DNA from: an uncultured delta proteobacterium
Lineage (GTDB): Bacteria > Myxococcota > Myxococcia > Myxococcales > Anaeromyxobacteraceae
Assembly (NCBI GenBank): GCA_963845515.1
Contig: CAWJSR010000006.1
Location: forward strand, 1-64,000
DNA length: 64,000 bases
Reading direction: 5' to 3'
The position numbers and the translations under genes were made by a program. The stretch's first letter is position 1. The number at the start of each line of letters is the position of its first letter. Of the stretch, positions 19,676-29,238 are shown piece by piece. The notes under the pieces are model-generated. The model was not told the origin of the DNA. It was given only the letters and a program-made list of their open reading frames with translations, and did no database searches.

Positions 19676-21356
19676 GTGCGAGTAGACGACCTGGATCACA
19701 AGGAGCTCCTCGAGCTGGATCCGGACGGGGGAGCCATCCGCTTCGCGGGTCACCGCGCGCTCCTGTGGGATGCGGTGGGGCTGGGGCTCCTGCGAAAGCA
19801 GCTCGTCGGGAGCATCGGGCTCACGGCCGCGCGTTCCCTGCTCACCCAGGTTGGCTTCGCCCAGGGCTGGCGCATGGCCGAAGCCCTGGAGACGGAGTTC
19901 AAGTGGGACAGCGACGACGATCGACGGTCCGGCGGCACGAGGCTCCTCGCGCTGGAGGGGCTCTTTCGAGTGGCGGGGGAAGGCGGGGGGCCCCTCTCCA
20001 GGGAGGGCGTCGTCCTCGAATCCTCCTACGAGGCGGAGCAGCACCTCTTGCACCTCGGTCGCTCCGAGGCGGCCGTCTGCTGGACCGTCTGCGGCCTCTC
20101 GAGCGGCTACGTCAGCCGCGCCGAGGGCAGGAGATCTACGTCCTCGAGAGCCGCTGCCTGGGGAAGGGCGACGCGGCCTGCCACCTTCACGGGCGCACGC
20201 CGCGAGGAGTGGGGCGAGGAGCGAGCCGAGGAGCTGCGCTGCTTCGAGCCGGGCCGCCTCGAAGACTCGTTCGACGCCTCGCTCCAGCAGGTGACGGAGA
20301 CGCTGAAGGCGGCCGAGCGGAAGCTCCGCAAGCACCGGCGGGCGCTCGTCCGTGTGGCGGCACGACGTGGAGGAGCCGCTGGGGATCGTCGCCCGGAGCA
20401 CCACGATGAGGAAGCTCGTGGAGCTGGCGCGGCGGGTGGCGAGGGTCGACTCCACCGTCCTCGTCACCGGGGAGAGCGGGTCCGGCAAGGAGCGGATCGC
20501 GCGGTTCATCCACGACGAGTCCACGCGCGCCGCGGGACCGTTCGTCGCCGTCAACTGCGGCGCGATCACCGAGACGCTGCTCGAGAGCGAGCTGTTCGGC
20601 CACACGCGCGGTGCGTTCACCGGCGCGATGCAGGACCGGCCGGGGCTGTTCGAGGCCGCCAACGGCGGCACCCTCCTGCTCGACGAGGTCGGCGAGGTCT
20701 CGCCCGGCATGCAGGTCAAGCTGCTGCGGGCGCTCCAGGAGCGCGAGATCCGCCGCGTCGGGGAGAACCGGTCCAGATCGGTGGACGTGCGGGTGCTGGC
20801 CGCCACCAACCGCGACCTCTCCGGCGAGGTCGCGAAGGGCGCCTTCCGGCAGGACCTCTACTACCGCCTGAAGGTCGTGGAGCTGCCGGTCCCGGCGCTC
20901 CGGGAGCGCCGCGAGGACGTCCTCCCGCTCGCGAGGGTGCTGCTGGCGGCCGCCGCGCTGCGCATGAAGAGCAAGGTCGCGGGGCTCTCACCGAGCACCG
21001 CCGATCAGCTCCTGCGCCACGACTGGCCGGGGAACGTCCGGGAGCTCGAGAACGCCATGGAGCGCGCCGTCGCGCTCGCGCGCGGAAGCCGCGTCGAGCT
21101 CGATGACCTGCCCGAGGAGGTCCGCAGGGCCGCTCCCCTGCCGGCGCCCGCGACGGCGGGGAGCGTGCGGCCGCTCGACGACGTCGAGAAGGAGTACATC
21201 CTCGCGGCGCTGGAGCGGAACGGCGGGAACCAGACGCGGACGGCGAAGCAGCTCGAGATCGGAACGGCGACGCTGTACCGCAAGCTGAAGAGCTACGGCC
21301 TCATCGACGGGCGCGGGCCGGGCAGGGCGGCCGCTCCCGGACCTTCGGGCAAGTAG
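19676..21356 (+). CDS. Sigma54-dependent activator with XylR-N and V4R sensor, AAA+ and Fis HTH (frameshifts about 20125-20190 and 20360)
   Basis: XylR-like N-terminus ([24 protein letters not shown]...SGY); [37 protein letters not shown]. Confidence 0.88.
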
Positions 21357-21442
21357 CATCAAGCCGCGACTGGAAGGATGCGCCCTCGTTCCGCTAGCAT
21401 CGCCACTCTGTCCGCCAGGACCGACGGAAAGGCTATTCCACG

Positions 21443-23119
21443 ATGGGGAACGTGGTCGCAGCAGGAGGGGAGGGCGCCCGGGGGATCGGCAGCCCCGTGG
21501 GGCGGGGCGCCATGGTCACGCTCGCGCTCCATGCGCTCCCGTTCGCGGTCGCGGCGGCGCTCTTCCGGCCGGCGATGCAGCACGGCTGGCCGGAGCGGGC
21601 CTACCTGGGAGTCCACGCCGCGATCGAGATCCTGGCCGCCGTCGCCTCCTTCGCCACCTTCGCGGTGCAGTGGTATGCGGCCGGTGCGCGGCTGAACGAC
21701 GCGCGCGCCCGGTTCATCGGCGCGGCCTTCCTCGTGGTCGGGATCTTCGAGGTGACGCACCTGCTCTCCTTCCCCGGGATGCCCGGGCTCCCGTGGCTGC
21801 AGAGCTCGACCGAGAGGGGGATCGTCTACTGGCTGTCTGCGCGGTTCTGCGCCGTCGGCGCCCTGCTGGGCGCGCTGGCCATACCGCCGTCCAGCCAGTC
21901 GCGCGCGCTCCGCAGGGGTCCGCTCCTGGCGATCGCGGCCGGGTGCGTCGCTGCCGTGCTGTGGGCCGACTACCTGTGGATCTCGGCCCGCCCGCTCTTC
22001 TACGTCGAGGGCGTCGGGCTCACGCCGCTGAAGCGGACGCTGGAGCTCCTGGTCGCCGCCGCGGCCGCTCTAGGCGTGGTCGCGTACCGCCGCGCCCACC
22101 GGCATCGCACCGACCCGTACGCAGATGACCTGGCGCTCGCGCTGGGGCTCACCGTCCTCTCGGAGCTCAGCTTCGCGCTCTACGCCCGCGCGTACGACAG
22201 CTTCAACCTCCTCGGGCACCTCTACCTGCTGGCGGCCACGGTCTGGGTGTTCCACGCGCTCTTCGCCGAGGCGGTGCTCCGCCCATACGAGCGGCTCGAC
22301 TCGTCGACCAGCGCGCTCGCGGCCAGCAACGCCGAGCTGCAGCGGCTGCGCGAGCACGTCGAGAACGAGCTGGCCGTCACCATCAGGAACCTCCAGGCGC
22401 TCCAGGAGCAGCGCGAGGACCTCATGCGGGCGGTCTCGCACGACCTGCGGACGCCGCTGCAGGTCGTCATGCTCCAGGCGGATCGCCTCGCGCGGATGGC
22501 GCCGGAGGGGACCCGCGAGCGTGGCGCCGCGGAGGCGATGGCCCGCGCGGCCCGCCAGATGAACGGGCTGATCAGCGACCTCGTCGACTCGATCTACCTC
22601 GAGAGCGGCGCGCTGCACCTCTCCAAGGAGCCCCTGGCCCTGAGGGAGTTCATCACAGACGTGCTCGGCGCCGGCGCCGGGGCGCTCGCCCCCGAGCGCT
22701 TCCGGGTCGAGATCCCGGCCGACCTGCCGGCGGTGCCCGCCGACGCCGCGAGGCTCACCCGCGTCGTGCAGAACCTCGCCGGAAATGCGCTCAAGTACTC
22801 GGCGCCGGGCTCCGCCATCCTGGTGGACGCGGCGTGCCGCGCGAACGAGGTGGTGGTGTCCATCGCCGATCGCGGCGCCGGGATCGCGCCCGAGGAGCTC
22901 CCCCGGATCTTCGAGCGGTTCTACCGCGGGGGAGCGCGCGGCAGGATCGAGGGGCTCGGCCTCGGCCTCTACATCTCGCGCCTGATCGTCGCGGCGCACG
23001 GCGGCCGGATCTGGTGCGAGAGCACCGTCGGCGAGGGGAGCACCTTCTGCTTCGCGCTGCCCACCGGCGAGGGTCCGCGCGCGGACGCCGGAGCCGCAGG
23101 AGGACGGGTCGGTCCCTAG
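21443..23119 (+). CDS. Membrane sensor histidine kinase (MASE3-like input)
   Basis: About seven TM helices with HLLSFPGMP and NLLGHLY; SHDLRTPL, NALKYS, GLGLGL. Confidence 0.85.
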   Translation: MGNVVAAGGEGARGIGSPVGRGAMVTLALHALPFAVAAALFRPAMQHGWPERAYLGVHAAIEILAAVASFATFAVQWYAAGARLNDARARFIGAAFLVVGIFEVTHLLSFPGMPGLPWLQSSTERGIVYWLSARFCAVGALLGALAIPPSSQSRALRRGPLLAIAAGCVAAVLWADYLWISARPLFYVEGVGLTPLKRTLELLVAAAAALGVVAYRRAHRHRTDPYADDLALALGLTVLSELSFALYARAYDSFNLLGHLYLLAATVWVFHALFAEAVLRPYERLDSSTSALAASNAELQRLREHVENELAVTIRNLQALQEQREDLMRAVSHDLRTPLQVVMLQADRLARMAPEGTRERGAAEAMARAARQMNGLISDLVDSIYLESGALHLSKEPLALREFITDVLGAGAGALAPERFRVEIPADLPAVPADAARLTRVVQNLAGNALKYSAPGSAILVDAACRANEVVVSIADRGAGIAPEELPRIFERFYRGGARGRIEGLGLGLYISRLIVAAHGGRIWCESTVGEGSTFCFALPTGEGPRADAGAAGGRVGP

Positions 23120-24987
23120 GCCGGGTGCTCGCCCGAGCGGGAGGCCTCGTCGGTCGAAGGCGTGGGCTGGCGGACCACGCCGGCCAGGATCGCGTCGAGC
23201 TCCGGGCCGGCCAGCGTCTCGGTCTCGAGGAGCGTCACCGCCGACCTCTCCAGCAGCGGCCGGTTGGCCAGGAGGATGGCCCGCGCGCGGGCGAACTGGG
23301 CCTCGACGAGCACGCGCACCGCGACGTCGATGTCCCGCGCGGTCGCCTCGCCGTAGAGCCTGCGTCCCCCCATCGACTGCCCGAGGAAGGAGCTGGGCTC
23401 GCTCTCGTAGGTGACCGGACCGAGCTCGGCGGGAGCCATGCCGTAGCGGGTGACCATGTTCCGCGCGATGTCCGTCACCTTCGAGAGATCGTCGGAGGCG
23501 CCGGTGGAGAGGTGGCCGAACACGACCTGCTCGGCGGCGCGCCCGCCCAGGAGCACGGCCATCTTGTTCTCCAGCTCCGTGCGGGTCATGAGGTACCGGT
23601 CCTCGGTGGGGCGCTGGATGGTGTAGCCGAGCGCGCCGATGCCCCGCGGAATGATCGAGATCTTGTGGACGGGGTCGCAGCCGGGGAGGGCGGCGGCGAC
23701 GATGGCGTGCCCGAGCTCGTGGTGCGCCACGATCTCCCGCTCGCGCGGGTTGAGCAGCCGGTTCTTGCGCTCCAGCCCCGCGACGATCCGCTCCATGGCT
23801 GCGGTGAAGTCGGCGGTGGTGATCGTGTCGCCCTTTCGCCGCGTCGCCACCAGGGCGGCCTCGTTCACCAGGTTCGCGAGGTCGGCGCCGGTGAAGCCCG
23901 GTGTGAGGGCCGCGATCTCCCCGAGCTTCAGGTCGGGCGCGAGCGTGACCTTCGGGGTGTGGACCTTGAGGATCTGCTCGCGCCCGAGCCGGTCGGGGCG
24001 GTCGACCAGCACCTGCCGGTCGAAGCGCCCGGCGCGGAGCAGCGCGGCGTCCAGGATCTCGGGCCGGTTGGTGGCCCCCACGAGCACGATCCCCGAGGTC
24101 GGGTCGAAGCCGTCCAGCTCGGCGAGGAGCTGGTTGAGCGTCTGCTCCTTCTCGTCGTGGCCGCCGGTCATGCCCGGCGAGGAGGCGCGGGCGCGGCCGA
24201 GCGCGTCCAGCTCGTCGATGAAGATGATGCAGGGCGCCTTGCGGCGCGCCTGCTCGAAGAGGTCGCGCACGCGCGCCGCGCCGACCCCCACGAACATCTC
24301 GACGAACTCCGATCCCGAGATGGAGAAGAAGGGCACGCCCGCCTCGCCCGCCACCGCCTTCGCGAGGAGCGTCTTGCCCGTGCCCGGCGGGCCGACGAGG
24401 AGGACGCCCTTCGGCATGCGCGCGCCGAGCCGGCCGTAGGCCTTGGGGTCCTTGAGGAACCCGACGATCTCCTGCAGCTCCGCCTTGGCCTCGTCCACGC
24501 CCGCGACGTCGGCGAAGGTCACCTTGGTGTCGGTCTCGACGTAGACCTTGGCCTTTGACTTCCCGATCGACATCAGCCCGCCGCCCGGGCCGCCCTGGCT
24601 CGCCATGCGGCGCGAGATGAAGAACCAGAGCCCGCCGAAGAGCGCGACCGGGACGACCCAGGAGAGGATCATCGGGACGAGGCTGGACTCGATCTCGCCG
24701 GAGTAGGGGACGCCCGCGGCGTCGAGCTCCTTCGCCACGTCGGGCTCGACGCGGACGGCGACGAACCGCTTCTTGCCGCCCCTGACCTCCTTGAACTCGC
24801 CCGTGACGCGGTCCCGTCCGACCACGACCGAGGCGAGCAGCTTCTCCCGGGCCAGCTTCTGGAACTCTCCGTAGCCGATCGTCGCGACCGCCTGGGAGCG
24901 GACCCACCAGTCCTGGGCGAGGAGCAGGCCGAAGACCAACGCGATGAGCGCGTAGCCGAGGTTGGCGCGGGTCAGGAGCCGTTTCAT
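23116..24987 (-). CDS. ftsH: ATP-dependent zinc metalloprotease FtsH
   Basis: Two TMs, [29 protein letters not shown]. Confidence 0.95.
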   Translation of the reverse strand: MKRLLTRANLGYALIALVFGLLLAQDWWVRSQAVATIGYGEFQKLAREKLLASVVVGRDRVTGEFKEVRGGKKRFVAVRVEPDVAKELDAAGVPYSGEIESSLVPMILSWVVPVALFGGLWFFISRRMASQGGPGGGLMSIGKSKAKVYVETDTKVTFADVAGVDEAKAELQEIVGFLKDPKAYGRLGARMPKGVLLVGPPGTGKTLLAKAVAGEAGVPFFSISGSEFVEMFVGVGAARVRDLFEQARRKAPCIIFIDELDALGRARASSPGMTGGHDEKEQTLNQLLAELDGFDPTSGIVLVGATNRPEILDAALLRAGRFDRQVLVDRPDRLGREQILKVHTPKVTLAPDLKLGEIAALTPGFTGADLANLVNEAALVATRRKGDTITTADFTAAMERIVAGLERKNRLLNPREREIVAHHELGHAIVAAALPGCDPVHKISIIPRGIGALGYTIQRPTEDRYLMTRTELENKMAVLLGGRAAEQVVFGHLSTGASDDLSKVTDIARNMVTRYGMAPAELGPVTYESEPSSFLGQSMGGRRLYGEATARDIDVAVRVLVEAQFARARAILLANRPLLERSAVTLLETETLAGPELDAILAGVVRQPTPSTDEASRSGEHPA

Positions 24988-25082
24988 GGATGGATCACTA
25001 CTCGCGAAGCGAGCCGGCGACAAAGTGTACCCACACGGGTGCGGTCTGGGTCGACCCCGTGGGGGCCAGGTGAGGAGTGACA

Positions 25083-25109
25083 GCCGCTCCATCGAAACGA
25101 TGGAGCGGC
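25083..25109. promoter_or_regulatory. Perfect inverted repeat containing the 15-bp motif
   Basis: GCCGCTCCATCG-AAA-CGATGGAGCGGC; core CCATC-GAAAC-GATGG at 25089-25103. Confidence 0.6.
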
Positions 25110-25165
25110 TCCATGTGCCGGCGCGCGCCTCGACGCAAGCACTTGACCTTGCTGGACCTCGGCGG

Positions 25166-25181
25166 TGGCCCGGAAACTGCT
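25166..25181 (+). promoter_or_regulatory. Sigma54 promoter for the precursor/C39 peptidase pair
   Basis: TGGCCCGGAAACTGCT (GG-N10-GC). Confidence 0.7.
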
Positions 25182-25242
25182 CTACCCGGGTGCAGGGTGG
25201 AGCTCGACTTCGCCCTTCAACTGGCAACGAGAGGATCAGATC

Positions 25243-25536
25243 ATGCGTATTCCGCGAGAGCTCTCCGCATTCCTCATCACGGCGGCCCTTACGATGTCGC
25301 CGTCCATCGCCGCGTCCGCGGAGTCGCCTGGCTCGGCGCCCCCTTCGTCCGCGACCTCGTCCAGCGAGCCGGCCCCGTCGACTGAGCCCACGCCCTCGGA
25401 CGCCGATCAGTATGCCGCGCGCGAGGCCGCTGACGGGTCCGCGGCGAACTTCAAGGGCGGCAACACCAGCCTCTACATCAGCGGTGGCGCCGTCACGCTC
25501 GTCCTGATCATCGTCGTACTGGTGATCCTGCTGTGA
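25243..25536 (+). CDS. Small secreted protein with Gly-Gly motif and hydrophobic C-terminal tail
   Basis: GAGG RBS; signal peptide, Ser/Pro linker, YAAREA...NFKGG, tail NTSLYISGGAVTLVLIIVVLVILL. Confidence 0.75.
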   Translation: MRIPRELSAFLITAALTMSPSIAASAESPGSAPPSSATSSSEPAPSTEPTPSDADQYAAREAADGSAANFKGGNTSLYISGGAVTLVLIIVVLVILL

Positions 25537-26114
25537 CGAGGTGCGCCGCCGCGATGGTGGCGACGCTCGTCGGCGCCTCCGGGTGCGTCTCCCTGGGCGG
25601 AAGCTCGCGACCGCTCGACGCGAGTCGGCTCGCCAGCGAGCCCGGGTGGATCGTCGCGGCGCACACCCCTGAGGTCCGTCAGCGTGGGGCCGAGGACTGC
25701 GGGGCGGCCGCGCTCGCGATGCTCGCGGGACGCTGGCGCGTTCCGCTCTCCATCGATGCGGTCGCCGCGGCGCTCCCCGCGCAGGCGGAGGGGGCTGCCC
25801 GGCTCGGCGATCTGAGGGATGTCGCGCGCGCGAACGGGCTCACGGCCTTCGCGATCACGGGCGACCGCGACACGATCCTCCGCGAGCTTCGCGCGGGGCG
25901 TTCGGCGATCCTCGGGCTCCTCATCCCGGCCGGACGCTCCCGACGGAGCCACTTCGAGGTGATCGTCGCGGCGCACGAGGCCGACGAGCAGTACGTGACG
26001 ATCGATCCCGCAGCCGGGTGGCGAGTACGGAGCTGGGTCGATCTCGACGCGGAGTGGAGCGCGGCGGGACGGCCGATGCTGGTCGTCGTCGGAGCGAGCG
26101 CCGGTGGCTCCTAG
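25533..26114 (+). CDS. Stand-alone C39-family cysteine peptidase, probable lipoprotein
   Basis: ASGC lipobox-like; RQRGAEDCGAAALAM, SHFEVIV, IDPAAG; GTGA overlap with the upstream gene. Confidence 0.8.
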   Translation: MTRCAAAMVATLVGASGCVSLGGSSRPLDASRLASEPGWIVAAHTPEVRQRGAEDCGAAALAMLAGRWRVPLSIDAVAAALPAQAEGAARLGDLRDVARANGLTAFAITGDRDTILRELRAGRSAILGLLIPAGRSRRSHFEVIVAAHEADEQYVTIDPAAGWRVRSWVDLDAEWSAAGRPMLVVVGASAGGS

Positions 26115-26329
26115 CTCCGCCGCCTGGGTACGAGGAGGATCACGCCTGCCACCACTGCCCCGAGCCCCATCCAGACGGGGATGTTGACCGACTTGCGCTC
26201 CTTCAGCGTCAGCTCCATCGAGCCGATCTGCGCTTCATGGGTGTCCTTCGTGTAGCTGAACGATCCGTAGATCAGGCTCAGCGCGCCGGCCGCGATCAGC
26301 ACGATGGCCGCAATCTTGGTTCCGCTCAT
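26111..26329 (-). CDS. Small two-TM membrane protein
   Basis: GAGGAG RBS; MSGTKIAAIVLIAAG...IPVWMGLGAVVAGVILL. Confidence 0.75.
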   Translation of the reverse strand: MSGTKIAAIVLIAAGALSLIYGSFSYTKDTHEAQIGSMELTLKERKSVNIPVWMGLGAVVAGVILLVPRRRS

Positions 26330-26363
26330 GGTCGCACTCCTCGGTAGGTGAACCTGAAGGTGC

Positions 26364-26379
26364 TGCACCCCGCGGGCCA
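26364..26379 (-). promoter_or_regulatory. Sigma54 promoter for the small membrane protein gene
   Basis: TGGCCCGCGGGGTGCA on minus (GG-N10-GC). Confidence 0.65.
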
Positions 26380-26454
26380 CGGCCTGCGACGGCCTGCACG
26401 GGGGGTGGTGGAGCGCCGGCACGCGGAGAGCAGCCCATTGGCCGGAAAGGAAGC

Positions 26455-26513
26455 GCTCCATTTCGAAGCTCACGGTCCTTCGAAATGAAGGAACGCTTGC
26501 TCCATATTGATGG
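26455..26513. promoter_or_regulatory. Three phased 15-bp motif copies (22-bp period) between divergent sigma54 promoters
   Basis: GCTTC-GAAAT-GGAGC (minus, 26455), CCTTC-GAAAT-GAAGG (26477), CCATC-AATAT-GGAGC (minus, 26499). Confidence 0.7.
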
Positions 26514-26576
26514 AGCGCGCCCGCCAAGCCGGGGGTCGGGAGGGCGCAATCGGCTCGAATGATTGCGCCCCGTCCC

Positions 26577-26592
26577 TGGCCCGGAAGATGCC
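26577..26592 (+). promoter_or_regulatory. Sigma54 promoter for the repeat-domain protein gene
   Basis: TGGCCCGGAAGATGCC (GG-N10-GC); first 10 nt identical to the promoter at 25166. Confidence 0.65.
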
Positions 26593-26681
26593 TTGAGAAT
26601 CCCTTGCAGCCCGGTGCGGGCCAACCCGCCAGCCACTGCCGCGTTCGCAGAGTTCGTGTGTTCGCGGCCCGGAGGATCGTG

Positions 26682-27359
26682 ATGAAGACGAGATTCGAAC
26701 GTGCCACACGGGGCCTGGGTATCTCCATGGCCCTCCTGTCGACGGCGGCGCTGCTGGGGGTCGCCGGTCCGACGACCACGCTGGGGCAAGTCCAGGTGGG
26801 CATCCAGCTGAACCTTCCTGCGGTGCTCCCTCCGCTCGTGCAGGTGCGGCCGGGCGTGCGCGTCGTTCGTGACCTGGACGATGAGGTCTTCTTCGTCGAC
26901 GGACGCTACTGGGTGCGCCGGGACGACACCTGGTACCACTCCCGGAATCCGCGCGGCCGCTGGGTCCAGGCCGATCGGCGTCGCGTCCCGGCCGGGCTCA
27001 CGGTGCTTCCGCCCGGCCTGTTCCGTCACTGGCAGGGGCGACCCGTGACTCTCCCCGAGCGGCTGCCGCCGCTCGTCGTGGTTCGGCCAGGCGTCCGAGT
27101 CGTCCAGGACTTCGACGACGAGATCTTCTTCGTCGGGGGCTACTACTGGCTGCGGCGCGACGATCACTGGTTCCGGACTCGCGACCACCGCGGGCGGTGG
27201 GAGTACGTCCCGCCGGGCCGTGCTCCCGGCGACCTCGCCCGGTTCCAGCCTGGACAGTACCGCCGCTGGCGTGGGGGCGAAGGGGAGCACTCCGGGAGGC
27301 ACGAGGAGAAGGGGCACGGTCGGGGTGAGGGACGCGAGGAGGGGCGCGACCGCCATTGA
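26682..27359 (+). CDS. Secreted hypothetical protein with two tandem Trp/Arg-rich domains (79-aa period)
   Basis: GGAGG RBS, signal peptide; LPPLVxVRPGVRVVxDxDDExFFVxGxYWxRRDDxW occurs twice. Confidence 0.75.
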   Translation: MKTRFERATRGLGISMALLSTAALLGVAGPTTTLGQVQVGIQLNLPAVLPPLVQVRPGVRVVRDLDDEVFFVDGRYWVRRDDTWYHSRNPRGRWVQADRRRVPAGLTVLPPGLFRHWQGRPVTLPERLPPLVVVRPGVRVVQDFDDEIFFVGGYYWLRRDDHWFRTRDHRGRWEYVPPGRAPGDLARFQPGQYRRWRGGEGEHSGRHEEKGHGRGEGREEGRDRH

Positions 27360-27492
27360 GCCGCGCGGTCGGGCCGTTGACGGAGGAACGCAATCGGGCG
27401 GGCGGCGGAAGAGGGACCCCTCACGGCAGGACCGGTGTCGGGCCCGCTCCGCAGCCCATCACGCAGGCGACGCCGCCTGGGAAAGGTAGCTG

Positions 27493-27633
27493 ATGCTCTG
27501 GACCATCGCTGTCGTGCTGTTGGTGCTCTGGCTGCTGGGGTTGGTCTCGTCCTACACGATGGGCGGCTTCATCCACATCCTGATCGTCGTCGCGGTCGTG
27601 ATGATCCTGGTGCGGCTCATCAAGGGCCGCTGA
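27493..27633 (+). CDS. lmo0937-family small membrane protein (46 aa; absent from ORF track)
   Basis: MLWTIAVVLLVLWLLGLVSSYTMGGFIHILIVVAVVMILVRLIKGR; AAAGG RBS. Confidence 0.88.
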   Translation: MLWTIAVVLLVLWLLGLVSSYTMGGFIHILIVVAVVMILVRLIKGR

Positions 27634-27684
27634 CGCGGCGAGGAGGAGGTGCGGCCGCCACCACCCGTCCAGGGGGGTCCGCCG

Positions 27685-28797
27685 ATGGCTGAACGGAGCG
27701 AGCTCCTCGGCGCCACGCGCCTCCTCTTCATCGCTGCGGCGCTGGTGATCGTCGTCGGCGGGATCAACCAGGCGCAGACGGTCCTCGAGTCCGTCCTCGT
27801 CGCCGTCTTCCTCTCCACCCTCGCGACGCCGCCGGTGCTCTGGCTCCAGCGGAAGCGCGTCCCCAACTTCATCGCGGTGCTCGTCGTCGTGACGGCCACG
27901 GTCACCGTGCTGCTGGGCGTCGGCGCCATCGTCGGCGCCTCCATCAGCAGCTTCTACGAGGCGCTCCCATCCTACCAGGCTCGCATCGGCGAGCAGGTCT
28001 CGGCGCTCCACGCCTCCCTCTCCGCCAGAGGCGTCCCGGGCACGGAGAAGATCCTGCGCGGCTACCTGAACCCGGCGGCGGTGATGACCATGACGGCGCA
28101 CCTGTTCTCGGCGCTGGGCGTCGCGCTCTCGAACGCGGTCCTGATCGTCCTGACCATGACCTTCATCCTGCTCGAGGCCTCGAGCTTCCCCGTCAAGCTC
28201 CGCGCCGTGCTGGGCCACCCGCGGCAGCGCTTCCCCGAGGTCACGAAGTTCGTGGGTGACATGGAGCGCTACATGGTCATCAAGACGCTCGTCAGCCTGG
28301 CGACGGGGGTCCTGATCGGAGCCTGGCTCGCGGTCCTCGGCGTGGACTACCCGGTGCTCTGGGGCTTCCTGGCGTTCCTCCTCAATTACGTGCCGAGCGT
28401 CGGCTCCACGATCGCGGGAATCCCCGCGGTGATCCTGGCCCTCATGCAGTTCGGGGTGGGGCGCGCCGCGCTCGCGAGCGTCGGGTACATGGCCGTCAAC
28501 TTCATCCTCGACAACGTCGTCGAGACGAGGCTCATGGGGCGCAGGCTCGGCCTCTCGACGCTGGTCGTCTTCCTCTCCCTGATGTTCTGGGGGAGCCTGC
28601 TCGGGCCGGTCGGAATGGTGCTCTGCATCCCGCTCACGATGACCCTGAAGTTCGCGTGCGAGAGCAGCGAGGACACCGCGTGGATCGCGCTCCTGCTCGG
28701 GTCGGAGGACGGCGCCTCCGCCCGTCCGGCGGTCGCCGCCGCGGCCACCGGGCCCGGGAAGCCGGCGCGGAGCGGTGCCAGGTCCTCCGACCAGTAG
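27685..28797 (+). CDS. AI-2E family transporter
   Basis: Multi-TM; LLNYVPSVG, RLMGRRLGLSTLVVFLSLMFWGSLLGPVGMVL. Confidence 0.9.
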   Translation: MAERSELLGATRLLFIAAALVIVVGGINQAQTVLESVLVAVFLSTLATPPVLWLQRKRVPNFIAVLVVVTATVTVLLGVGAIVGASISSFYEALPSYQARIGEQVSALHASLSARGVPGTEKILRGYLNPAAVMTMTAHLFSALGVALSNAVLIVLTMTFILLEASSFPVKLRAVLGHPRQRFPEVTKFVGDMERYMVIKTLVSLATGVLIGAWLAVLGVDYPVLWGFLAFLLNYVPSVGSTIAGIPAVILALMQFGVGRAALASVGYMAVNFILDNVVETRLMGRRLGLSTLVVFLSLMFWGSLLGPVGMVLCIPLTMTLKFACESSEDTAWIALLLGSEDGASARPAVAAAATGPGKPARSGARSSDQ

Positions 28798-28857
28798 CCG
28801 CCCGCCGTCCGCCACCGTGGACAGCCCGCCCCACGATCCCTAGACTGTCGGGTCCCT

Positions 28858-29238
28858 ATGCGAGGCCTACGCGGCGCCACACAGATCTCAGCCAACACCG
28901 TCGAGGCGATGGAGGACGCCGTCGTCGAGCTCTGCAAGGAGATCGAGCGGCGGAACGCCATCGGCCCCGCCGACATCGTCTGGGGCATCTTCACGGTGAC
29001 CCACGACATCGACGCGGACTTCCCCGCCCGCGCCGCCCGCGTCGCCGGCTGGGGGACGGTCCCGATGATCTGCTCGCGCGAGATCCCCGTCCCCGGCTCA
29101 CTGCCGCTCTGCGTCCGGCTGCTGATCCACGTCGACTCGGAGGGGCCCCGCCACCACGTCTACCTGCGCGGCGCGCAGGTGCTCCGGCCCGACCTTCACG
29201 TGACGCCGGACAACCCGGCCGCGAAGCCAAAGCCGTGA
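28858..29238 (+). CDS. aroH: Chorismate mutase, AroH class
   Basis: [40 protein letters not shown]. Confidence 0.92.
   Translation: MRGLRGATQISANTVEAMEDAVVELCKEIERRNAIGPADIVWGIFTVTHDIDADFPARAARVAGWGTVPMICSREIPVPGSLPLCVRLLIHVDSEGPRHHVYLRGAQVLRPDLHVTPDNPAAKPKP

Noticed and set aside
110..24907. Very long Arg/Gly/Pro-rich ORFs (110..2173, 16540..19020, 22070..24907 and similar)
   Set aside because: Shadow frames of real genes, expected at high GC; no motifs.
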